A stretch of 64,000 nt of DNA from Wickerhamiella versatilis (GCA_030867685.1 JAQOWU010000001.1:930001-994000), one strand, 5' to 3'; counted from the first letter of the stretch, positions 52,591-64,000 are shown. The notes: generated by a model not told the origin, from the sequence alone. A program made the numbers and translations.

Positions 52591-53688
52591 CTACAGAAGC
52601 ATAGCGACACCTGCAATAGCAGCAGCAGCAGAACCGACCTTTGCCGCAATACCACTGTTAGCAACAGCTGGTGCAGAGGTACTCGTTGCCGCAGGGACAG
52701 AACTGTTCTTAGAAGAAGAAGAAGCTACTTGCGCGGCACTGGTAGCAGCAGATGTTTCCTTCGTGCAGTTGCAGTCTTCAATAGTCATTGTGGTAGCCTC
52801 TGTGACTGTATATGTCGATGATCCATGGGTGAAAGTGGTTGGCGAAGGGCAGTATGTGGTGAAGTATGTAACTTCAGCAGTTTCAGTAGAGTTTCCAGCA
52901 GGGGTACTCTTTGGCGCAGCGGCACTGGTTGGAGCAGGTGTCTCCGTGCAGCCGCAGTCTTCAATAGTCATTGTGGTAGCCTCTGTGACTGTATATGTCG
53001 ATGATCCATAGGCGAAAGTGGTTGGCGAAGGGCAGTATGTGGTGAAGTATGTAACTTCAGCAGTTGCAGTAGCATTCCCAGCAGGGGCAGGGGCACTACT
53101 ACGCGTACGAATTAGAGGGGAGCCTACTGCGTAGGAAGCACTAGCAGTACGAGTCAATGAAGAGCCGACTGCAGATGAAGGGGCACCACTCGACGAAGCA
53201 GCGGCCTGCTTAACGAGCTTAACTTTGAGAGGAATAGCATTAGTAGTATTCCTTGCGACCAACTGGTAGGATCTTTTACTGTATCCATAAGGATCACTGG
53301 TATTCTTAGCAGCATAGAAAGTAGAGCTGCCATTAACAGTAAGGTAATTGTTCTTAACAAGGACTTGTGGTCCACCAAGTACACCAGCCAAAATAGCGTC
53401 GCCACCTGGGTATTGTGTCAAATTCCACTTCGAGACATAAGGGCCATCGACGCCAGTAACATGGGTAGGCTGGTAAACTTTACTGCTTTCAGGCGAGAAT
53501 GCAAATGCTTCAGCTTCGGTTGACGCACCATTGCTGAGGAATAGATAATTAAAGCCAGCGCCCTCATGAAGTCCTGTCAGGCCCTTGTTGTTGATCTCAT
53601 CGTTTGCCGACTCAGTGACAAGAGACACGTTGTAATCGGCTAAAGCGAGAGCGGAAGCAGCCAAAATAGTTGAAAGTCCGAATTTCAT
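52591..53688 (-). CDS. GPI-anchored cell-wall protein: Pga30/31-like N-domain plus two Ccw12/Sed1-type repeats
   Basis: Signal [15 protein letters not shown] (ATG 53688); [31 protein letters not shown] x2; omega site ANSG plus hydrophobic tail. Confidence 0.88.
   Translation of the reverse strand: MKFGLSTILAASALALADYNVSLVTESANDEINNKGLTGLHEGAGFNYLFLSNGASTEAEAFAFSPESSKVYQPTHVTGVDGPYVSKWNLTQYPGGDAILAGVLGGPQVLVKNNYLTVNGSSTFYAAKNTSDPYGYSKRSYQLVARNTTNAIPLKVKLVKQAAASSSGAPSSAVGSSLTRTASASYAVGSPLIRTRSSAPAPAGNATATAEVTYFTTYCPSPTTFAYGSSTYTVTEATTMTIEDCGCTETPAPTSAAAPKSTPAGNSTETAEVTYFTTYCPSPTTFTHGSSTYTVTEATTMTIEDCNCTKETSAATSAAQVASSSSKNSSVPAATSTSAPAVANSGIAAKVGSAAAAIAGVAMLL
52771..53065. repeat. Intragenic direct repeat of 112 bp (52771-52882 and 52954-53065), period 183 bp
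   Basis: The copies differ at only 2 positions by eye alignment. Confidence 0.95.
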
Positions 53689-56003
53689 TGTAGAATGTGA
53701 ATATTCCAATGTACCCAGTGATCTCTTTTATGTCAACTGCAGAGACGGGGTTTGGGTACATTACGATTACGTCGCTAAATAAATATACTGAGCTAACATG
53801 CCCTTTCCAACCGGAATAAAAACCTGAAAATCGACAGGAACCCCCTTTTTGGTGTTTTTCGTTGATGTTATTCTGAGATACGCACCACAGACTACTAGGA
53901 AATGGTCCGTTTGGCTGGGCTATCCACCCTCGTCGAGCGGTTAGGTCGCAAGTGTTTGCTGACGTCATAAATACTCGGTTCGGAGTTCTAAAAAAAGCCT
54001 GCGCAACAATTTCCCGAGGAGCGGCTAAATTGTGAACTCCTCGAATTTATGGACATAGATACTTATTCGTTTCTCTTTAATTGCTTTCAGAACTAGTGAG
54101 GGCTCGTAGATTTGGATCAAGACGTTGGCTAACTGTGACTAAAAATAGATGGTTTGCATGCCACAGTTTCTGGATCGTATCTCGATTGGTCTAGAAGGTC
54201 AAGGCAGTCTTCCAATTTTTTATTCGAAGAGATTTTGTTCTGAATACAATCCTTTGCGTAAATGTGACGAGCTAGTTTTCTGGGATTCAGGTACTAAGTA
54301 ATTAGGATCCTATTTGTTCGTATTACCCCTCATTGTTTTCCGCTTTCTGAGTAAGTGAAAACATAATTAACGGGTGCATAAAATTTTTTGGAGGTTCGAT
54401 ATGCATGAATTGAGTGGCGGAAGAGCCGTAGTAATCTAAAAAAAGACCATAAAAAACAAGAGTTGCCTTACCGTGCAGTAATAAAAGAAAGCTGTATGTG
54501 GCGTCAATTTTACAATAATCGCATAGTACTAGTCGTTTATAGCAACATAAGGTAAGGTTTTCTATCGTCCAAGAGATCAAAAATCACCTCAAGCAGCAAC
54601 TTTTTTTAGTATGTATATGAGAGGATTGAGCACCTGAGCGTATGCGAATCTGGCCCTTTTTAGAAATTTGCCTCCTAGTTCCCTGTCTGCTGTTTTTACG
54701 ATTCTAAAGCATTGTGCACTCGCATCGAACTGAACCAAAATTATACTGTCTAACAGCACTACTGGACTGGATCTCCACTGAACATAGGTGCGAGCAGCGT
54801 AGCCTAACTCGCGTCTTCAGACAATGGAAGTAAATTTGTTATTACTGATAACGGCATTAGCAAAGTATTACTAGCAACTAGCGAATTGGCTAATACATTA
54901 TACCTGCGGCTTAAATGCCTTTCATCGAATTTTAGCTTGCTTGAATTGCTTTTCAAGGGATAATTTTACCCCATTTGGGATGTGGGCTATAATTGACATA
55001 CTAAATCCCATCATATTCGGAAGCGTAATGGTCACTATGCATCAGTACACTACACGTTGTTTCCCTAGAGACCAATAATGTTCTAAAATATTGAATCTTG
55101 TCTTCTTGAGGTGTGCTCTAATAGATTAGTTAGTAAGGAGGACGAGAGTGCCGTCCCGAGAAGGAAAAATATTCCTATTGAACCACCTCGGTTTGCATTG
55201 CAAGTATATCAGCTACGTATAGGTTCATAGAATTGTGAGTTGCGATTATGGCAAGCGACAACTACATATGAATGAGACCAACATGCCGAAACTGGTGCTG
55301 CATATGCAACATAACCCACTCCTTTGTCAGCAGTACTAATAAAAATCCCACGCAGACGGGTTTACTGTGATCAATAGGCTTGATTAATCGATCATAGGAG
55401 GCCTTCACGCACTTCGGGGGTTATTCTATGTACTCTCCTCGTACTGTATCAATCCGTTGTTTGCCAGAAAGTATCCTTCCATCTCCAGACGTTTTCGTAT
55501 CTCACACTCGGCGTTCCAGGCTATTTAGCTATGAAATAAACCGGTTCATGGCGAGCATTCAGATGAAATAGAGGTTTCTTTCCAAGGCTGGTTGGGTTTA
55601 CATCTCCTTAAAGTTGCTGCGTGCCATTTGCGTTTTCGATGACCGCTGTAAATATCGAAAGGCTATAGTCGCCGTTTTACCATAGACTTCAAGGCCATAA
55701 CTGAATCCGAGGCACTCTCGAACACCATCTGTTTGATCACTACGCTATAAGAGGCTTTTAACAACGAAAGATACCAAGTTGACCACTTACAGAAATTGAC
55801 CCAAAAAGAGCCCGCGCATAACTCTTCATTTCCAAGGAAACAAGGAAGCAAGGAAATTCAGTACTCTAACTGTAAACGAGAGTTATACGCTATCTCTCTT
55901 GAGCAAAAACTTACTTAACTTGAGTGATACTTAGCAGCTTTTAGGCTGACTAGCTATTGCCATCAGGTTGACTAACAACGCAACAAGATCCAGTGAGACA
56001 TCA

Positions 56004-57935
56004 ATGTCATGGCGTGTTGAGAAGCATAAACCCAAGCGCGTTACGGTAGCTTGTGATAATTGCCGACGACGTAAGATCAGATGTGATTCTCTGAAGCCCG
56101 CCTGCGGGCGCTGTTCTGAGCTTGGCTACAAATGTGTTTACTCTCCATCAGAACGTCAACTGGCCTCAGATTCACGGTTTTCAGTAATTCACGAACGACT
56201 AGACCATGTTGATGATGTCATATATTCACTGAAGTCCGATATGGAGACAGTAATCTCTAGCTTGAGTACCGTGCTTGCAAGAAACAGTAGCCGTTCTAAA
56301 TCAGATCTTTCGGGGGAAATCAAGCTGCCAGAAAAAGAATATGTTTCTGAACATCAAATGAATGAAGCACCCTTGTTCAATGACCGATTGGCTCACCTCA
56401 AAGTTCACACTAATGGAGATCAAATTAACACGACGGTGTACTTATCGAGCGTATTCCTTTCGATATTAAGTCCAAAGGATATAAGTGGACTTTCATATAT
56501 TCTGGGTGATCAGCAACTGCCCCAACGACTTGAGAAGGTATCTTATAATGTTTGGTGTAAAACTCAGGATGCATATGGAAGATTGATGTCTCCGTCGAAC
56601 AACGCTAATGGATTTCGTCCTGATGTTGCCCTCATCCAAGCAGGAATCAACTCCTTTAAAAGCGAAGGTAATGAATATCTCTATCCACTACTACCCCCTG
56701 AAGACATTGACCTGGTAAAATGGGCTGCTCTACCTGAGCCACTTTCGAATGGTCTTAAAGCTGCATTCATAATTATTGGTTCATTTGATATGAGAATAAA
56801 ATCAAACTATTTGGGGTTTTCTAAATCGCTGGTGGATGCACAAGAAAGAGCTGCTTATTTCCAAGCTATTAGAACTCTGAATTTGATGCGGTTTTCTTGC
56901 CCGACGTTTCTTTCGGTGAGAATCGCTATATTATTGTCCCTTTTTCTTATCGTCTTTTCTAACCTACCAGGAATGTTCAACTTATTAGATCCGGTCGTCG
57001 AAATGTGCAAAGCCATTAAGCTTGACAGCCTAGAGGCTCAAAGGTCTTATCCTCGCGAAATAGCTGAATGGAGAAGCAAGGTTTGGTTTTTGGGCTCAAA
57101 TCTAATGTATTGCTACTATGTAACTCTCTCTGTGAAGCCGCTGGGGCCCAAGTTCACCTTTGACGATCTTTCCCTGATTTCACTTAATCGCCCGGAGTTG
57201 AAGGAGCAGACAAAAATGCTTTCTTGTGCCATACGAATCCACGAGATTTATGATTTAGCCTATGAAAAACTGTTTTCGGTGCCTAGCAGTAAATTCTCCT
57301 CCGATGAATTGCTGGGCAATGTCGTGTATCTAGGGGAGCAAATTAGTGCATGGGAATCAGACTTCTCCTGGAACTCGCAAAATATACCGGTTTTGGATAG
57401 CTTCGGCAGCTTCATATCAATGTTTGCACTGGGAAACCTGAATTATAAGTTTCTTCACACGGTCATAGTAATTTACTCGATCCCAGCATTCAACCCAGGA
57501 TGTCTTCCAGAGCGTGTACCAGGAGCTCTGTCAAAAGTATCAAATGCTGCGCGAGAACTCTACAAGATTGCATTGATATCCGAGGATATAAAGAGTGAGT
57601 GCACTTCCGTCAACAGTATTGCTGTTACAGCCGCCATATGTACCCTGCTCTACAAGCAGTTGTGCTATCCGATGCATCCGTCAAACCACGAAGATCTGAA
57701 AACTCTTAAGAATGGCATACATCGGCTAGACCAGGTCAGATGGCCACTAGTCAATAGTCAAAGCCCACAATCTGAGATTTGGTCTGTCCTATTAGACGTC
57801 ATGGATCACCATTATCGCCTTCACAATGAACCCGTAGACCAGATTACTCAGGGAATTGAGAAGGCGGCTGATGTTTGGGATAATCTCATAACTCGAGAAT
57901 ACGTGGAGGGCTCAGATCAATGTACGGTTATATAG
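56004..57935 (+). CDS. Zn(II)2Cys6 transcription factor
   Basis: ACDNCRRRKIRCDSLKPACGRCSELGYKCVY, then a coiled coil and fungal TF middle region. First ATG at 56004. Confidence 0.93.
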   Translation: MSWRVEKHKPKRVTVACDNCRRRKIRCDSLKPACGRCSELGYKCVYSPSERQLASDSRFSVIHERLDHVDDVIYSLKSDMETVISSLSTVLARNSSRSKSDLSGEIKLPEKEYVSEHQMNEAPLFNDRLAHLKVHTNGDQINTTVYLSSVFLSILSPKDISGLSYILGDQQLPQRLEKVSYNVWCKTQDAYGRLMSPSNNANGFRPDVALIQAGINSFKSEGNEYLYPLLPPEDIDLVKWAALPEPLSNGLKAAFIIIGSFDMRIKSNYLGFSKSLVDAQERAAYFQAIRTLNLMRFSCPTFLSVRIAILLSLFLIVFSNLPGMFNLLDPVVEMCKAIKLDSLEAQRSYPREIAEWRSKVWFLGSNLMYCYYVTLSVKPLGPKFTFDDLSLISLNRPELKEQTKMLSCAIRIHEIYDLAYEKLFSVPSSKFSSDELLGNVVYLGEQISAWESDFSWNSQNIPVLDSFGSFISMFALGNLNYKFLHTVIVIYSIPAFNPGCLPERVPGALSKVSNAARELYKIALISEDIKSECTSVNSIAVTAAICTLLYKQLCYPMHPSNHEDLKTLKNGIHRLDQVRWPLVNSQSPQSEIWSVLLDVMDHHYRLHNEPVDQITQGIEKAADVWDNLITREYVEGSDQCTVI

Positions 57936-58078
57936 AATCATAATATTTATTTATATATTTATTTTCCATCATCGCGAATATGGACCGTAATTAATATTAG
58001 AATTAAGAGAAGCACACACTCTATATATCGTGCACGCTATTCACCAGATCGCGATGGGCAGGGTTGCAAGTACTTGGC

Positions 58079-58693
58079 TCACTTTTTTGAAAGATTTCTT
58101 TCCCTAGCTCGCCTGTTTTGAAACCAAATGGATACGCGCTTCGGTGGCAAGGAAGTTCTATGCGAGAGTATTTCCCGAGTAAGCGTATCTGGTGTTTTTT
58201 CGAATTGGAAATGGGTTTCTAGTATATTTTGTTGGTTCGTGTTAAGTCTTGATCGTGGAGGTCTTTTTGCATCGACCCAAGTATCGAGAAGTGGATTGGC
58301 CATATCTGATTGCGATGTCCGCACAGTTGGCTCGGACCAAATATCGGAGTAATCGCTAGGATATTCTTCTGCAAAAACAATGGGATTGAGGCTATCACCT
58401 AAGGCTACAGAGTTTGAAATGCTTTGCTTAGGTTTGAATGCTGTAGTAACCGGAATCATGGGATTAGAATTTTTCTGGCCTGGCAAAGGCAAATCAGTTA
58501 CTTGCTCATCATCGGCTGGGTACACATTCGTGTGGAGATGAGGTATATTATCAGCCACAATCAACTCTTCTGCTATGGTTTCGTTTTCAGCGTATGGGAC
58601 TGAGAATGAAGCTTCGTTATTGAACTCCGATGAGATCAGTGCGGGCGAGTCATATTCAGCTATTGTGTCGCCTTCGAGATACTTGCGATCCAT
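58079..58693 (-). CDS. Homeodomain protein (copy 1), acidic N-terminus and C-terminal homeodomain
   Basis: RPPRSRL...ILETHF...P...RE.LS....L...RVSIWFQNRRAR; ATG at 58693. Confidence 0.88.
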   Translation of the reverse strand: MDRKYLEGDTIAEYDSPALISSEFNNEASFSVPYAENETIAEELIVADNIPHLHTNVYPADDEQVTDLPLPGQKNSNPMIPVTTAFKPKQSISNSVALGDSLNPIVFAEEYPSDYSDIWSEPTVRTSQSDMANPLLDTWVDAKRPPRSRLNTNQQNILETHFQFEKTPDTLTREILSHRTSLPPKRVSIWFQNRRARERNLSKK

Positions 58694-61010
58694 TTTCGAG
58701 CTCTCAGACACCTCCAAGCTCAGTGAGGCTCTATATTATCTAAATTTCTGGAAACCTCTCAGATAACTAGGGGGTGTGATGCTAATCGATTTCTCCTGAT
58801 AAATTTATTACAAAGATCTCTTCCCCTCGCCCAATGAGATCATCCTGCTTCGCCCCGTTGAAGTACGACAGAAGCGACCAGATCTTCATAGTTGTAGTAA
58901 ATCATGGAACATAATAGTATTACAATTCTTAGATCCCTGCCAGATTTTACACCAACATCAACATCGCGAATACTATCAGGCATTTGTGCTGTGATCAACG
59001 GATTAATCCCATGAGTTCATAAGTGGCAACCATAGATATGATGTAAAGTGCAAAAAGCTCTAATATCTTAAAAATACTTCAGGTCGCTAGATAATCCAGG
59101 AGTGGGGGATTGGTCAATGTGAACTAGGTCTTGCGCCGCCTAGAATAACAAGATCCTTCTTTTTGATCTGAAACTAACACCAATTACATCCTAGAGTTTC
59201 GTTTGGAGCTTTTGGCGAGCCGAATCATATTTGAAGTGCAAAGTCGAGCTTGGTGATATTAATCTTTCTGAATGAATATGCAGAGTAACATTAGTAATAA
59301 AGGAGAAAACAGTGAAAATAGTTGGTCAATCCAACTTTCTTCTAAGCAGGACAGCACCGTGAAGTACTGACAAGCAGCCAGTGGCATAAGCAAGGCCCGT
59401 ACCTATAAGATGATACATTTGTCGAAAGATTTTAAATGAATAGATTCATAACAGCAGTCTCCAGCCATTTATATATTCGGAGAAAATGGTATATGTGTTC
59501 GGCCTAGTCTTACGCGCAACTTGTGGCCAATCTGGAAGTTGCAGGTGTAAGTAAGTTATTCCACACCGACATGTTCCTCGATCTTCGGAGGCGAGCAGGT
59601 TATGATATCGACTCAACACTGCAATAGTAATAGCATACCCGTATAGATTGTTTCCAAAAGATGTAAATTATACCCACTTAACACTATACCTCCAATTCCT
59701 GCAATTCCTGCAATGTCGCAGCACCTCTCGGGTTAGGGCTTATGTTTTAGGTTGACTGATTTACTACGTGGACAGCCTGTAAAGCCAGTAAATCATGTCA
59801 TCACAGCGAGATTTATGCGATTAGAAATGGGAATTAGCACGAACGTGGAGAATAATATGCTTTTGAATATAGCTTGTACCCTGGATAACATTTTTGTATT
59901 TTTTTGATTCAGACGCGACATGTAAGTATAAGCTGCTGTTATGATCTTCGTCTACCAGTTCTTACAAACTACTCACTGCCGATCCCAAAGACAATATACT
60001 GTCTCTGAGAGAGATGTACTGAAAGTCAGGTAGTGAAATGGGCTATATATTGTTTAACTAGAATTATTTTTTTTTCTGCATCATGGCTAATATTGTACGG
60101 AATCAATATCAAAATCCTCTTCTAAAGACAATGTACTACATAATGGCACCAGGTCGCTAAAAGTATATTCAGTTTAATATGGGATCCGCCGGCCTGAGTA
60201 GGTCGTGTGAGGACCAAGCGTAGTAATGGCTGACAACAGTGGTAAGAAAGAGAAGTACACATACAAGAGGTTGTCATTATAAAAGCATATATTCTATCTA
60301 CAATAATGTCAATAGCTTAAGGCTAGAGCTAAGGAAATGGTCCTGAAACGTGCGCATACAAGCCGCAACGCAAATAAGCCACAACTATCTTCCAGAATAG
60401 GTATGGTAACCATACATACTTTTTTTGAGCGGAGACGGGTCATTGGTGTATGCAGAAAAACTAGAACATCAATTTTGATAATAATTGAATATCAAGGGAG
60501 AAATGAATCTGAAATTTTTTTTCTTTCTAAAGTTCACAGTCTAAGTAATCCATATCTGCCGAGCCAAAAATGCATGAGAACCGCTGGCCAATCTCTTATC
60601 CTAGGAATTACAATGATAAGCTGAGCTATCATGATAGAAACTTTAATATACAGGTTATTAGCACTTCAAATCACTCAATGATTAGATATATAATGGCTTC
60701 TCTTATTGATACCTCAAGCTTAAAATGACTTCATAATTCAGTCATGTATATTTTTTACTGTGATCTGCTCACACGCGGTATTGTATCAGGTATTGCGTTT
60801 TCTTATACCTCCTACTGATTAGCCATGCTTCTCTTGCCTTGTCGAAACCAACTGTCAACTGCTTAGCATGAATTGTCCCTTTCCACCAGAGTAATACTCA
60901 TGTCGGTATTTTGTTCTTCGTCCAGGTAGGTTTGCTGCTTATCCATAAGTGCAGCATACTCTCTATGTACCGTGCATGCCATTCACCAGATCGTGATTGG
61001 CAAAGTTGGC

Positions 61011-61631
61011 TCATTTCCTCAAACGTCTTTTTTTTTCCCTAGCTCGCCTATTTTGAAACCAAATGCATACGCGATTCACCGGCAAAAAAGCTCTATGCGA
61101 AATCATTTGCCGAGTAAGCTTGTCTGGTCTCTTTTCCAACTTGTAATATGCTTCTAATATATTTTGCTGGTGTGTGTCAAGTCTAAATCGTGGGGGTCTT
61201 CTTGAGTCGACACATTCATCAAACAGTGGTTTTGCTGCAGCTGATTCCGATGTCTGCACAGTTGGCGCTAACCAAGGATCGGAGTAATTGCCAGGATATT
61301 CTTCTGCGAAAACAATAGGAGTAGGGTAATCACCCACCGCTACAGAGTTTGGAATGCTTTGCATAGGTTTTTCAAGTGCCGTAGTAGCTGGAATCATGGG
61401 ATTAGAATTTTCTAGGCCTGGCCAATTCAAACCACTTACTTGTTCTCCGTCGGTTGGGTATGCAGTCGCGTTGTGGTATGGTATAGTATCAGCCATAATC
61501 AACTCTTCTGCCGTTGTATCATTTTCACTATACGGGATCGTAAATGGAGGTTCTTTGTTGAACTCCATCGGGGTGATTGTGGGTGAATCATATTGCGCTA
61601 TCTCGTCGCCTTCGAGATACTCGCGATTCAT
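61011..61631 (-). CDS. Homeodomain protein (copy 2)
   Basis: RPPRFRL...ILEAYY...RVCIWFQNRRAR; ATG at 61631; about 60% aa identity to copy 1 by manual count. Confidence 0.88.
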   Translation of the reverse strand: MNREYLEGDEIAQYDSPTITPMEFNKEPPFTIPYSENDTTAEELIMADTIPYHNATAYPTDGEQVSGLNWPGLENSNPMIPATTALEKPMQSIPNSVAVGDYPTPIVFAEEYPGNYSDPWLAPTVQTSESAAAKPLFDECVDSRRPPRFRLDTHQQNILEAYYKLEKRPDKLTRQMISHRAFLPVNRVCIWFQNRRAREKKRRLRK

Positions 61632-63381
61632 TTTGGAGCTTTCAGAACTCTTAAAGCTCACTGAGGCTCTATTATATCTAATATTCTGAAAACCAGATGA
61701 GTAGAAATATGATACTAACTGGTTACTCCTGATAAATTTATTATTACGCGTTACAAAGGTTTTTTCCCCTCGCCCTTGCAGGGTCGTCTGGCTCCGCCGC
61801 AGGTTGCAAAGCCCGAGAGGAGCGAGAAGATCTCCATGATCTGAGAATAACCGTGTTATGGCACATGATTGAAAAGAATAATAATATTGAAACTCTCAGG
61901 CTATCGCAATATTTCACCCCGATATCGACACCACCAATATAATCTAAGAAGTTTGCTGTGCTCAACGGATTAAATGCATACATTACGTCTCTCCCACATA
62001 TAAGACCCAAACTACAGTCTTAACAGCTCTGATATCATAACCAGAGCATACTTTGCCAAAGCAGCTAGGTGTGGGGTAGTGGTCAAAGCGAAATAGCTCA
62101 TGCGCGGCCCAAACTAACAAACAAATTTTCTTCTGTATTCTGAAACTGTCACAATATTACTTTCTAGCTTTTTTTTCCCTCGAATCGTGGATGAGCCCAT
62201 TCCATATTCTGAATGCAAAGTAGAGCATGGTCATTTTGTTTCTTCCAAGTGACCATAGAGAATAGCATCAGTAATAAAAGAAGTACTGATGGAAATATCT
62301 TGTTAATACAACCTTAATCCGAGCAGTACACAACCATATAGAACTGTTAAGCGGCCAGCGGCAAATCTAAGATCCGTACCTATAGGATGACACATTTGTC
62401 AAAAGATTTTAAATGATTAGATTCACACCAGCAGTTTCCAGCCAATTATATGCGTCAAACGAAATAGTAGATGTTCTCAACATAGTCCTACGAGCAGCTC
62501 CCGGCGAATCTAGAAGTTGCATGTGTAAGTTGTTTCAGACCGCATGTTCTCTGATCTCAGGAGTAGCATCTTATAATATCACGTGATCACTGCAAAACTA
62601 TACTCTTATAAGTGTTCCCCGTAGTTATACTATAAACTATAGCCACTCGAGACTATGTATCCGCAATTCCTGCAATGCCGCTACGCCTTCAGGTTAGGGC
62701 TTATTTTTGTTGTTGACTAATTTGCTATGGGGTGCCCTCGCCCCCACGGCCGGTAAGCCAAATCGTCATGCGATTGAATGTAGGAATTAGAAGAAACCTG
62801 GAGATTAGCATGCTTTTGATATAGTTTGCATCCTAGATAGCATGTGTTTTGATTCAGGACCAACCAGGTCTTACACACTTGCTGATAAATGACCTTCAAT
62901 GTTATGCTACCTCCATACTATAATTTAAAATGGTAATTTGCTTGCATAGACAACTTTTTTATTCAATATAAAATAGTTGTACCTTTTAATACCCTCACGT
63001 TAGTGGTTTTCGGATATAGTCTTCTCAGTTACAGTTAGCTTATTTATCTGTGCTATATTATGTCTCTCATTAAGTAAAAGCAGCTGGATATGACAAGTGG
63101 GTCACTGAAACCATAACGAAGGATTAAGATTATGGCAGGATGTTTATAGGGTTTGCTTCCACCCTGCCACTATACAACTCGAAGTCACTACAGAGTAATG
63201 CAAATAATTTACTCCCTGTGCAAAATTATGAGAGCCGCTTGATCACATGCTTGAATATTTTATATCATGTAACGTACTATCAATCATTCAAATTGTTCAT
63301 AACTCAATTTAATAGTTTAATTTGATCATATATATAGATTGATATTCTCTACAAACCCGAGCCTCCAGCATATAACGCCAC

Positions 63382-64000
63382 ATGAAGTTTCCATCTGTAC
63401 TTGGCATCATCGTGCTAGCTGCTGCTGCCCCACCTCAAGATCTGAATAGTATTACGAGCCTAACTCCGTCGGTAACAAGTACTGAGGAAAGACCGGCATT
63501 ACTTCGCAGATTGTCACAAGATTTCACACAGATTGTAATTATGGGACGGAGTAGCGGCATCCCGTATGCAACTGCCGCCTCAGTAGGTCGCGAGTTTGTG
63601 GAAGGTGCACTTCAGCCTCCTCAAATTACATCTTTGGCTGAAAAGGCTTTCGATGTAATCCTAAATGGGTTGCCACTCGCGGATGTTGGTTCCTGGCCGG
63701 ATCCTACCTCTGCCAAGCAGCTTGCAGATGATGCAAACAAGGTTTATGATAATCTGCACTTACAGCCTTCCTATAAAAGTTATATGTCGTATGTCTCGGC
63801 TAATGCTCACATTGTCGATATGTCGAAAGTTCGCAGCATGTTGTCAATGAAACCCGACAACATTACTGACCCCACAATTAGTAGTTGGCACTCCTCAGAG
63901 CTTTCCAAAACGAAAGAATTGGAGCATAGCTTTACCACTAACAGTGCTGGGTCAGAAGCTTTAAAGACGTTTAAGACATTGGGATCCAAACTTCTGACAG
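63382..64000 (+). CDS. Secreted protein, 3'-truncated by the window edge (absent from the ORF track)
   Basis: MKFPSVLGIIVLAAAAPPQD... signal peptide; frame open for 206 codons to the window end; TATATATA about 50 bp upstream. Confidence 0.8.
   Translation, partial: MKFPSVLGIIVLAAAAPPQDLNSITSLTPSVTSTEERPALLRRLSQDFTQIVIMGRSSGIPYATAASVGREFVEGALQPPQITSLAEKAFDVILNGLPLADVGSWPDPTSAKQLADDANKVYDNLHLQPSYKSYMSYVSANAHIVDMSKVRSMLSMKPDNITDPTISSWHSSELSKTKELEHSFTTNSAGSEALKTFKTLGSKLLT

Larger units (their letters stand above)
58010..62860. repeat. Direct segmental duplication of about 1.9 kb (approx. 58010-59915 and 60952-62860): homeobox gene plus about 1.2 kb upstream, separated by about 1 kb of unique DNA
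   Basis: Colinear shared blocks: attcaccagatcg, ctgaggctct, ctcctgataaatttatta, ccgtacctata..cagcca, gcaattcctgcaatg..ggttagggcttat, atgcttttga..ttttgattcag. Boundaries approximate. Confidence 0.9.

Noticed and set aside
58079-61631. Homeobox pair as a mating-type locus
   Set aside because: Same-orientation paralogs, no alpha-box or HMG gene, and no SLA2/APN2/DIC1-type flanking genes in the window.
59730-62700. GGTTAGGG motifs as telomeric seeds
   Set aside because: Single units, explained by the segmental duplication.
913-63989. Numerous 60-190 aa ORFs in the track that overlap larger genes or lie in intergenic DNA (e.g. 20912, 44467, 47438, 53612)
   Set aside because: Mostly antisense or alternate-frame shadows, often with TTG/GTG starts and no recognisable motifs.
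1-64000. tRNA, rRNA, LTRs or spliceosomal introns
   Set aside because: No cloverleaf with A/B boxes, rRNA-like tract or paired LTRs were seen by eye, and all recognised genes read as uninterrupted ORFs; a tRNAscan/Infernal run would be needed to exclude them fully.

Overview
Intron-free, moderately AT-rich eukaryotic DNA from a budding yeast (Saccharomycotina). CTG encodes conserved Leu, so it is not a CUG-Ser yeast; the gene mix fits a Dipodascales/Wickerhamiella-Starmerella-type genome, though that is inference. The window looks like an accessory, subtelomere-style region of about 30 genes with almost no housekeeping core. It holds transporters (3 MFS, OPT, FUSC-like, SNG1-like), detox/redox enzymes (QOR2, DODA-type dioxygenase, OYE, SDR, flavohemoglobin, epoxide hydrolase), secreted hydrolases (SAY1-like esterase, GH3, aspartic protease), cell-wall/secreted proteins, a Zn2Cys6 factor and a tandemly duplicated homeobox gene. 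Main highlights: (1) about 6-7 bacterial-looking genes, apparently from different donor lineages, interleaved with fungal genes; (2) two enzymes apparently re-routed to the secretory pathway, namely an EphD-like alpha/beta hydrolase lacking its nucleophile and a sequon-rich acetolactate decarboxylase; (3) a QOR2-dioxygenase-OYE trio; (4) a CocE hydrolase/permease pair on a 198-bp divergent promoter; (5) a fast-diverging homeobox duplicate; (6) a strongly conserved pair of unknown secreted proteins. Family and donor assignments come from motif recognition and memory, not database searches. No rRNA, tRNA, CRISPR or intact transposon was seen.
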